Assembly: GCA_977030845.1 (NCBI GenBank)
Contig: OZ365112.1
Location: 17,732,001 to 17,796,000, forward strand
Length of the DNA: 64,000 nt
Reading direction: 5' to 3'
Origin: Fimbriosthenelais zetlandica
Taxonomy: Eukaryota
This document shows, piece after piece, positions 41,101 through 51,060 of the stretch (positions are counted from its first letter, which is position 1; every line of letters starts with the position of its first letter). Made by a program: the position numbers and the translations under genes. The notes beneath the pieces were generated by a model. The model was not told the DNA's origin. It was given only the letters and a program-made list of their open reading frames with translations, and did not search any database.

Positions 41101-43234
41101 TGCATTTTTACATCTCATTCCTTATTGAAAGGATTTGTAACTGCCTTTTGATGTGATTGAAATGTTTTTTTATTTTCGGGATTGAAATGAGGAGGGGCTT
41201 TGCTGAAATCTCAGGTTGAAATGCCAGGCGGGCATTGAACAAGGAAACTTGGATCTCCTTTTCCTTTAACCAATGCTGTAAACAGCGCTTCGTCATTAGA
41301 GAAGCTCCCATTAATTTTAACTGACTTTTCCCTTGCCTTTGGAGAAAAGTTGTTTCGATAAATGGAGAGATTAATCGATTGAGAACGCGTTCATATTGAG
41401 CATTTAAAGAACTTCCGAATCGTAAATCTATTCACTTAGGCGTGTTTCTGAAAGGGGGAGATTGAAGCAAAGATTGAAGTTGTATAATAATTATATATGT
41501 AACTTGTAAGTGATTATCAAGGGCCTTCAATAGTGGTTAACTGGATATAACTTCTAAACCCGGAGTTGGGAACTTTGCCTGGAACAATCCTGAAAAAAGA
41601 ACTAGACGTAAAGTGCTGGTGTCAGGTTAAGAGCACCTGGAGAAGCATGCACTTACCTGCAGCCAGTCCAAGAATGAGGAGGGGAAGACAGGAAGATTGG
41701 AAGATGGCCATGGCTGTAAGATGTTCGCAGGTTTAGCGCTTAATGTCTTGGCTCTGAGCTGGTGGTATCCACTCCGACTGGCACGTGACTATCAGGCCAG
41801 GTCATGTGATTGCTCTCTCCCTTCCACGTCCAATACAACTGGCGGACGAGGTGCTCTCTAACCAATCAAAGAGCTGCTCTTATGTCAGACTTACTGAGTG
41901 ACAATAGGCCTGCGCCACACCAACTGTGATTGGTTGTTCGACTTAGAACTTTCCATGACATTTTGTTATTGCTTTTTGCTCTATGGTATTTAGAAATTTA
42001 TATTCATCATCTTCAATGTGAAAATTAAAGGCTTTTGCAGGCAGGGCTGGAGGGGAAAATGGATGAAAAATGAGCGGAAATGGAAATTCAAATTTAGCTG
42101 TTATAAAGGCGTCCAAAATTTGAATTTATTAGCACTTCCCAGGAAAACAAAAACGAAAACAAAATGGGAGAATATGGATTCTTAAAACGGGTAAAAGGGC
42201 AAGAAAGAAGCTGTTGGTTGAAGCAAAATTAGCACATCGCCCTGACCTTCCTTATTTGTGTATATATGTATTAATTACTGGAAATTAATACCTGGAATAC
42301 ACGAGCAGCTATGGGATTGGTTGGTGGAGGCAGAACAGAATGAGATGCAATGCTATCTGAAGGATATTCCCAGATGAAATAGAGCTCCAATGAGAATTGT
42401 ATAATTGTCTATTACACGTGTATTATATATACATGTATATAATTAGAATAAGACTCAAGTAGGCCTATTATATCACCATGATTCAAAAACAGCTACCCGT
42501 AAGCTTCAATCCAAAAATACTCAAATTCCTGGCTTAAATTTTTCCATCTTTTGGCAACAGGATAAGCTAATACTCAAACTCGAACATTCATTTCTATCCT
42601 AAATGTATTATACCATCACCTACATCATGGGGCATATACTTCCTCTTTCAGGCCGTACCTAGGTGGGATGTTGTTGCACTTTCCCATTTAGTTTCCTTCG
42701 TTGTACTTGGGATTACTTTTCGTTTTTTTTCTATCGTGGGTTCTGCATTGCACATAAAATCTTTCTGACTGGTGGATGCGCGTACGGGATTGATTCATCC
42801 CCTCGAGATAAAATGAAAGCTTGGACTGCGACTGCTTCACTTCAGCTGCTGATTGTTATTTGTGAACCAATGAAGATTGACAAATTGCGTGTTTGTAATC
42901 TTTCAGGTGTGGAGTATGGAAAACATGATATGTACACAGACGCTTGTCCGTCATCAGGGCAGCGTGGCGTGTCTCGCCATCTCTAAAGGCAGGCTATTCT
43001 CGGGGGCCGTGGATAGTACTGTCAAGGTGAACAATCAATTCATCTTTCTTCCATTTGTCCTGCTTCCTGAGCAGCTCTTTGAGCTGCTCTTGTCTCCCCG
43101 CATGTCCACAGCCATAGTAACGTCCCCAATGCCATTCATTATACTTACAAACCTGTAGAATGCAGTAGAATCTAAATAGTCTTCCATGGTATAGAACTTG
43201 CTACAATGAACTTCCGTTGCAGGTGTGGCAATGA
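29128..43234 (+). CDS. TRAF7: E3 ubiquitin ligase TRAF7 (RING, TRAF-type zinc fingers, coiled coil, WD40 repeats)
   Basis: RING ([26 protein letters not shown]), CPVDKTKL, zinc fingers, coiled coil, and WD40 exons ([17 protein letters not shown] ... [29 protein letters not shown]). Start could instead be 29152. Confidence 0.95.
33516..33600. repeat. Short degenerate tandem repeat (ATAGCATTAAGA)n
   Basis: atagcattaag(a/g) occurs four times near the start of the large intron. Confidence 0.7.
36516..36680 (+). CDS. Candidate 54-aa small secreted or membrane peptide nested in the TRAF7 intron
   Basis: Acceptor ttctcactttgttccag| at 36510 precedes ATG 36516; the [30 protein letters not shown]... 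has a hydrophobic N-terminus and acidic tail. No family recognised. Confidence 0.3.
   Translation: MNSCTVAAAILLGVIELVRLCDDQPVPTSQFAGDDIDIPGSNDFPSSYALCSPT
37285..41711 (-). CDS. Candidate secreted peptide / neuropeptide precursor, antisense-nested in the TRAF7 intron
   Basis: Exon 1 (41711-41657) has Kozak [28 protein letters not shown] and a GTAAGT donor. Exon 2 (39918-39838), phase 1-1, reads [27 protein letters not shown]. Last exon is ambiguous (acceptors at 38834, 37437 or 37409). Confidence 0.6.
41740..41950 (-). promoter_or_regulatory. Putative promoter of the nested precursor gene
   Basis: CACGTG E-box and three CCAAT/ATTGG boxes immediately upstream (minus strand) of ATG 41711. Confidence 0.5.
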
Positions 43235-46049
43235 TTGACTCTTCGTGCCGGGGATCGTGCGAAGGGCATCTTAATTATTTACCCTAGGTCTAAGTATACA
43301 TGTGTGCTTCGTCATGATTTCTGGTTTATGAATCACTGGTTTCATGGACAATGATGCGGACGCCTGGAGAAAGAAGAGCGTGCCTTCAAAGAGGCATGTT
43401 CCGCAAATATATATGTAATTTTCAGCCTATATATAATATTTCTCCGTGAAAATAATTAGGACATTATTATGAAATATATTATGAAATGCCCCTGATTAAG
43501 TTGGACGTATCCGGACCGTTTATAGCCCTTTTCGTGGTGTCACCTTTTTCGATGGTGCCTTCGAAGACTCCTACTTGAGTAGCGTTTACTCTTTTTTTTT
43601 TAACTAATGACATACTTTTATAACTACACATATATAGTATTCTTTGATATTTAATTTAAGGTTTATATATTAAGTCAGAGTATTCTGACATAAGACGTCT
43701 TATTTCGATGGAGATATTATTTCGATTATTAGGTGAATTGTTTTTCATCTTCGTCCCTCATTTCTCTTTCGTGCCTTCCAGAGAAGGCATGAGGGACCAG
43801 TTTAATTGGCGCCGCCGATTATTATTGCGTAGGATAACGTTCGTCGGGAAATTCTGTTTTAGGTCTTTTTGCCTATTTTCTTTTATTATCCCGTGTGAAA
43901 TACGTGGAATTGTTAGTGCTTGTTCCGCCCGTCCCTCACCTGAAATGAGGCCTTGATACTACAGGTGTCACCACCTCTTAAGCTTCTTGCTTTAAGGAAA
44001 GTATGGTGGAACCACATCTTGAATGTATATGTATACCGTCCTTATTATTCTTCATACTTCTAGCGCCATGGAAGTCCATGTGCTATAGATTCACACTAAA
44101 AACGGATTAATGAGGAAATGTACCTGTCATTTCCAAACTAATGTGATATAGAAATTAAATTAAATGTTATATATTATGTAAGTCTCGATAGAGGAAGATG
44201 TATTCTTTGTACAACTTCGGTAAATATATAATTATATATAACTATGTCTGTTGTATTTATTTCATTTGGCTGCCCAGAAAATGACCAAGTGAAGTATATT
44301 ATAGAATGTGTTATAGACTGGTTTTCCTCCTTACAACTCCGTCCTTCTGGAGCCACTCCGTGATTGCATTATCCTCCATTCATAATCGTCTTTGGTGGGA
44401 TAGTATTTGCCCTTTTTATTCTCAATTTGTTGACCAGCCTTGATGTCAATATTTTATGTTCCTTCTATTATGCTGACGTTTCGTGACGTTACAATGCATA
44501 TTTCGTCATCAGATGTTCCGTCTTCGTGACTCCCTTCAGTGAACATTGGAGGAACAATGCCCTCTCGACTTGACTGTTTACACCATTTCCGTTCTCTCTC
44601 CCTCACCCCGACACATTACAAATACATACTGACTGTATTCTTTGTTATAAGTGTCGGACTTTTACGTGCTTACATATGCTTTCTTTTTTCTGTCGGAGGG
44701 TAAAGTGATGCTGCCATATAATGGTGTTTAAGGGCTTTTATCATAGAGTGAGTATAAGACTTGTCATGTATATGTGTAACCTGCTCCATATACCTCGGTC
44801 AATATATATCTGATGAATGGACTGGACTAAGCCACATATTTGAAGGAGAGTTGTCTTTCATACATGTGGTCGGGGTTTAGCACATATTAGCTTTAATTAT
44901 CCATGTTGAATTATGGATTGGAAAAATGTTATCTCTCCTCAAATTTGTGTATTTGAAAAACCATTGAGAAACAATAAGCCCTATATCACTATATTATTAT
45001 ATGGTATAAACCTATCTGTATATCTTTAGAGAAAACAACGAGAGTAAAAATGGAGAAATTTAAAGTTTAAATTCATTTCTCAAATGGAATCATATGGAAA
45101 AGTTAGAGAAAGGTAAGGCCCCCACTATACCCATCTCTTGCATCGGGTATCAAAGAATGAAAGTAGATTTTAAATAAAACGCCCCTCCCCCCAGTCTTTC
45201 ACTCCTAAACCGCCCAACCTATCATAGTAAGCTATATTTGATATGACGCCTCCTACGGCTCCGCCTCAAATAACTGCAGCTTTAATGCCTATATTTATAT
45301 GCATGCTTCATGCAATAGAAAAAGAATAATTGGATTCCATTTCAATTTCGCCCCTGGCGCCAGAAAGCAAACTTCATTGCCTCTCAGAGGAGCTGATACC
45401 CTGCCCCCACTGGCCATGGTTCGTCGCTTCCCCGGTAGGGGTTTAAAGGGCGCTACGGTCCGGTAAAAGGACATAAACATTCTTCTATCATAGGCATAGA
45501 CTCGGCACCAGCCCTCCACAATCGGATCTAAGACCCTACTGTCACACAAAAAACATTGGTATTAGAGATAAATAGCACGTAAACTCGGCCTAGCATTGAG
45601 AGGGGCAAGGGGGGAGCTTGTAGATTTATTGATGGAAGGATTTGTTGAGACGAGGTAATGTGAGATATGGTTTGTCAAGGGGGGATTGGTCGACCTCTGC
45701 TCAAGTTGGCAGGTTGGAAAAGCTGTGAAAAGCCCTATTGGCGACGTGAGAGGCTCTCATGAGATGCCAACCGTCTTAAAATTGTTTGATACCAGTTTTG
45801 CAGAATTGGACTGTTATAAATCATTGGACTCTGCCTTTAAAAAAAATAGAAATAGACTGATTAGGCCTACTCCCCTGTAAGATCACATAATTATATGATC
45901 AAATATTTTCGACGGGAATATTGATTCTTACATGGCCAGGGAAGTGTTTTGTCAGGCAAGGAAATATGTTCGGTTTTCTTTTATGGCGAAGCTCCCCATG
46001 CTTTTTCCTGGTTATCTGGTACTTGGACAATAGGAGACATTGAAGTGTA

Positions 46050-46440
46050 CTCCTCTCATAGATCAGTTCATATACATAAACGTGTCTTGCCTGCGCACAA
46101 AGCCAGTAAAACATCCAGGCCCCACTTGTCAGGCCCGCGTGAATGTGAATGGAGAGAACATAGTACTTTATGCCGCAAAATGACGGCTGAGCTGGGAGGC
46201 GGACGCGCCGGAACCAGCATGTCTCGTCGGTTGCCAGGTGACGGACAGGTGTGCAAGAATCATGTCATTAAACGAGATTTGATAGGTCACGTGGTCGTAT
46301 GATTGCCTCATCAGCGCCCTCTCTGTAGACATTCTGTCTCCAGCGTCTCCTCTCCCAACAAGGAGCTCACTAAGGCATGACGTCACACAGCGTCTGGCGG
46401 GACCTCGCCCACGTCGTCTGCTCCCGGACGTCGTTTGGAT
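46050..46440. promoter_or_regulatory. CpG-rich regulatory island with CRE and E-box
   Basis: Local GC/CpG enrichment, TGACGTCA at 46378-46385 and CACGTG near 46288; no recognisable protein in its ORFs. Confidence 0.4.
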
Positions 46441-46697
46441 GAAGCTATTCTTTCAATATGTGCTTATAGGGAATCAGAGGGGGACGTGTTTGACATTCTC
46501 ACTTGTAATTTACCCGGTCTGATGAACATATAAAACCGGCCTTCTTTAAATAGAGATTTACTCGGAGTAGTGGGGGATGGTGCTAACCACCGAACCTTTA
46601 TTGGAAAAAGATCATGGATCTTGTGGTTTGGGCACGGGATGAAATGTAAATGAGAATAAGAATCGGGATCATTGGCCCCTGTAACGGATCTAGAATG

Positions 46698-46930
46698 TTG
46701 GGGTAGGACATTTATGTGGGTATCGCCCTCCAATTGATTTCTATTGGGTGTAGGACATTTATGTGGGTATCGCCCTCCAATTGATTTCTATTGGGGTAAG
46801 ACTTTTCTGTGGGTATCGCTCTCCAAATATATTATATTGAGTTAGGAAATTATGTGGATATCGCCCTCCAATTGAATTCTATTGGGGTAGGACATTTATG
46901 TGGATATCGCCCTCCAATTGATTCATATTG
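46698..46930. repeat. Minisatellite, about 5 copies of a 46-47 bp unit
   Basis: Unit GGGTAGGACATTTATGTGGGTATCGCCCTCCAATTGATTTCTATTG repeated head-to-tail with substitutions and no spacers. Confidence 0.9.
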
Positions 46931-47469
46931 TAGTTCACATGGTATTTCCAGCATAGAAATGTGCCACTAATCTTAAAAGCTTGCACTATAAGGCAGTACT
47001 AAGCTTGTGTCTTATAATACTTCTCTTGAGATACCATACTCTGTCTCAGTCTGCCCAGCCTTGACTTGATCTTTCTGGCGACAGCATCAAGTAGCAAACC
47101 ATCCGGAACACATCTATAAGCTGCCCTCTGGCGGCTGAGCCTGGGGGCAAACATTGACCCTAACTCTTCTTTGGGTCACCACAGGCTCCCTCCTTGATGT
47201 CTATACGACAGAGTCAGTGAGCATATAAAAGGGCGCCAAATGATAATCAATCTCATATAGATTTATCATAAAAGCATTTGTGCACTGAAGGGTCTTTAAA
47301 ACCTGTGATATTTCCTCCATTTAGAAATCTACATTTACAGAAGAATGTGATGATATACACCTTGTTGTTCCGTCCAAAAATGAAGATAGTCTTCAACACC
47401 TCTTAAAATATTTTTGTGACGTCTCGTATTTTCGTCAGGTTTCATTATTTTACTCGTATTTATCCGTGA

Positions 47470-47830
47470 GGACCTTCAGCGTCTGTTTGACGTGATTGTG
47501 ACGTCACTAAAGACGATTGATTTCATATCCACCAGGTGTCTTACTGCGCGGCCGTGGTGGAGAGGCGCGGCCTGAGAACAGTAATGGGTGAGCACACATT
47601 GAAGTGAAGGCTCTACTGGCGCGCGGTCCATGTGGACATTGATAATGCATTGTGAACCTCTTGTATAGGATTCCCAGGGTTGCCGCCGATCGGACGCCAA
47701 CGCGGCGTCTACCCGACATAGCTCCGCCCTTAGGCCGACGGCCAGGCCCTAAAGGCGCCCCCTTTCGTCCTCCAATGGACCTATGGCCTGTAGGGGGCTG
47801 ATTTGCCAAATGGCAACGTCACATGAATGA
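47470..47830. promoter_or_regulatory. CpG-rich promoter/enhancer-like island
   Basis: TGACGTCA at 47499-47506, GC box (ctccgccc), CCAAT, many CpGs, and a minus-strand donor GCA|GTAAGA near 47544. Confidence 0.4.
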
Positions 47831-49490
47831 GTGAATGGCAGGAGAATTGGTGCTCACTGGCGACCAAGGGGCTAGCATATTCAATTGACTAGTCTAGATG
47901 GCTACTATATAGGTATAACATCAATTTTAGACCTTTTATGACCCCCCCCCCCGAATTCTTATGACGACATAAAATGCATGGAAATGTATACCTAGGGAAC
48001 TTAATTTTTAAAATTGAACGAGCTATTTTTGTCGATCAACACCTCCATCCTTTTACTTGGCTGACGCTTGCCGAATTTATAACGGTCAAGATGTATTCTG
48101 AGTCAACACAGAGGTTAACTGAGATGAGAAGGTTCACGTCGCCAGCATAATTTCATGTCGCGACAGACAGAGGGGGCCATCTTACCTGGCTCGCGGCCTC
48201 TAGCTGAGCATAAAGAAACACTTTCTTTTACAATTTTCTTTTTAACTAGAACTCTACTAAACATTTTAATTACAAATTAATATTAATTTAATTCAATACA
48301 AGAGAAAATAATTCTGCAATCACAAACTTTCACATGTCATACTTATATTGATAAAAATATTTTATTTACATTTGAATATACATGTACAAACTCTTGAGGA
48401 CAAAATAAATACAGTTAGTATGTAGATACAGTAGAAAAATATACAACTTTGTACAACCAAGGTTACCTTTATCTCGTCTGTGAACACTGTACAATATATC
48501 AATACACAGGGCTCCTTACTTTTGCCATACGGCAGACTCCAAGGAGTCGCTTAAAAGAACACTATCCTTTAGAACAGGATTGTATGCTCAAGTTCCTTAC
48601 GTTGGTCAAATAGACTTAATCGAGAGATCAGGATAACTTTATTCTTAACACTGGATGGATTTAGTGAGGAGGCTAGCACAGGTTTATCTAATGAATGTGC
48701 CAGTTTGTGTTTGTCAATGAAGACAGATCATGGCATAGGTGTGGAGAAGTAACCAGATTTGTGAGGTAGAAAATAATGTGGTTGGAATGGGGAGCTGTGT
48801 ACCTCCCGCCAACCTGTCTCTGTTTGCCTATGGATTTCATTCTCCTCCACATTACACTTGGATCAGTAGCTGATCTCTCTCCCACTCGGGTGTGGAGATA
48901 ATCTATCACCAGATCAACAAACCACATATAAGTTTACAGGAAATTGTCGGGACTTGCTATAGGCTATTCTTCCAGCGGACGCCCATTTTGCTTTTCTCAT
49001 GTTTTATAACAAACAGTCTTTGATCGGCATTACAAATTGAACCCAAAAAAAATTTAAGTTAAAAAAACATGGATATACATGTTATTGGATGGATTATCAT
49101 TTAAAACATATTAGGGGGTAACAAAGATATTGGGGGTATGTGGGAGACAGTGAGAGGTTGGTCTAGGCCTACCCTGGGTACCAGCCAGGAAGGATTACAC
49201 TATCGTCCTATATATATGTATACTCCATTGGTCTGGCCTTAGGTCACCATGGTGTATTTGTCTTGTGAGACACAGTATGAAAAGATCAAGCTCACTTCTA
49301 TTACTTGCTACATTCCTGTCGCTAGCCCTATAGCCGCCTATGACAGTCCTCCCGTCGCCTCTTTGTTAAAATGACCCTCGCATACAGAAGTCGGACTTAG
49401 CCTATATGAGGGATATACAATAGATATCACCAGTCATGACAGTGTGTCTTTTAGCTGCCCTCAGGCTTTATATAAGGGTCACTAGAGGCG

Positions 49491-50300
49491 CTAGCAGCGG
49501 CAGGAACACCGTGTGATGATAGGATACTTGATGGAGATCCAGCGACATGATCTATGTTTGCGTTTGTAGCAATGCCAGAGTAGTATTGTCTTCTTGGTCG
49601 ACTGTCGCGGCTGGCAGGACATTCCTGTGGGTATTGAACATGATCTACCGTTGTAACATTTCCCCTCCCGGATCCAGCGGGGCCAGAAGCGTGGGCCCAG
49701 ATCCTTCCATTGATATTGTACAGGGCAGTAAGTGTAGAGGGAGAGGAAGCGTAACAGACGACGCTGCGTCTTCCGTCCGCGCAACTTTAATCTCTTCCGG
49801 TGACCGCCGACGTCGATGGAGAAGGCTCGAAGGTCGGCCGGTAGATGTCCTAGTTTGCGCGCCTGTTTAAGGTCATACACCAGCGTGCCGTTAGGTTTGT
49901 GGATACTTTCTAGCGGCCTTACTGATGACATGAATCCTGGGTCGTAATTAGTACCCAGTATTTTACGAAGTTTCCGTGGATTGAGATCAGCGTCAGTAGG
50001 TAGAAGTTGCTTGTCGAACTGAAAAGCTGGAGGTTCGACCGGAAGGTCGTCTGACGGTGAAGGTCTCATCTGGAGCGGGTAACGCATGTTACCCGGATGA
50101 ACTTCCTGCTCGTTTTGCTGGCTTATAAAAGGGCCATCGTCCTCAGCCCTTAGCAACATATGTGCAGGCAAGATGGGCAGAGGTGTGACCATAGAAAAGT
50201 GGACGCTCTGAAGGAGGAGTATGGGTAGTAGGAATGTGACGTAGAGGGCACTGACATGAACGGTGGCATCAGGAGGCCTTAGAGCGTCTGATGACGTCAT
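49491..50300 (-). CDS. NOG: Noggin (BMP antagonist), single coding exon
   Basis: Hydrophobic leader, clip motif RPSPSDDLP, LGTNYDPGFMS, YCPVQYQWKDLGPRFWPRWIREGKC, and the nine-cysteine C-terminal pattern ending YPIITRCSCRC*. ATG 50300 directly follows an acceptor AG. Confidence 0.97.
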   Translation of the reverse strand: MTSSDALRPPDATVHVSALYVTFLLPILLLQSVHFSMVTPLPILPAHMLLRAEDDGPFISQQNEQEVHPGNMRYPLQMRPSPSDDLPVEPPAFQFDKQLLPTDADLNPRKLRKILGTNYDPGFMSSVRPLESIHKPNGTLVYDLKQARKLGHLPADLRAFSIDVGGHRKRLKLRGRKTQRRLLRFLSLYTYCPVQYQWKDLGPRFWPRWIREGKCYNGRSCSIPTGMSCQPRQSTKKTILLWHCYKRKHRSCRWISIKYPIITRCSCRC

Positions 50301-50908
50301 CTGGAAATAAAAGAGTTTCATTAATGACCAATGAATATGTGCAAAGCATCAACTTTTACATACAATGTTTTATAAAGCAAACTTATTGCGAAATTAACTA
50401 CCATACTATATCCAGTTAAACGGATAAGGCCAATTAAGTTATTTATAGATAGGCCTATATCACAAATGTGGAAAGAAACGAGCCATCCAAGTTCTACAAG
50501 TGACAACCATATTACCCTTATCGTCCATTCTATGTCAAAATTGTTGTATACATCATTCAGCCTATACATGATAATACCCATAGTTGAAATGTTACTGTTT
50601 CTATGTAACACAAATTCCATTGCCCCCCACTGTCACTTATTATATACAGATCTCTGATAAGACCATTGTATATGGCCGTAAATATTCTGGCAACTTTCTT
50701 GGCGTAAAGGCTTGAGGTGTAAACTTTCAAAGTATATTATATTGTAAGCTGGGCCCATTTCCTGGCCGGGTTAATACGGAATTTATAAATGTGTCCGATA
50801 TATGGCAGTGAAATCCATACCATAGTTGAATCTCCTAGTATTATTTTGTGTATATTCCTCTGATTACTTTTATCGTATCAGGGACTATGTACATAATGAA
50901 ATACATAC

Positions 50909-51060
50909 CTGGTGAAAAACCCGATTGATGGGATAATTATCCGAGAAATGTAATTGGGAGTAAGTACAAATTCCAGTAAGTACCAGAAACCAAATACTAT
51001 ATGTCACAGTGTGTGAGTACAGATGCAGAGTCCGGTGAGGTAAAGGAGGAGAGTGGATTC
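50909..51060 (-). other. Probable non-coding 5' exon of noggin
   Basis: Donor CAG|GTATGT at 50909/50908 pairs with the acceptor at 50301; the exon's 5' boundary is approximate. Confidence 0.55.

Larger units (their letters stand above)
33496..42906 (+). other. Single large (9411 bp) intron of TRAF7 hosting candidate nested genes
   Basis: Donor AGG|GTAAG after DRSLR and acceptor TTTCAG|GTG before VWSMEN join in frame within a WD40 repeat; all other TRAF7 introns are under about 500 bp. Confidence 0.9.

Noticed and set aside
45295-45549. ORF with an amidation-like FKPLP-GKRR
   Set aside because: No ATG-led signal exon in matching phase was found; kept only within the non-coding-interval finding.
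46698-46930. CRISPR-like array
   Set aside because: Units are contiguous with no unique spacers, there are no cas genes, and the context is eukaryotic.
48140-48200. U1 snRNA-like words (gcataattt, cttacctggc)
   Set aside because: They are in the wrong order for U1 with no U1 body; cttacctg is simply an antisense 5' splice site.
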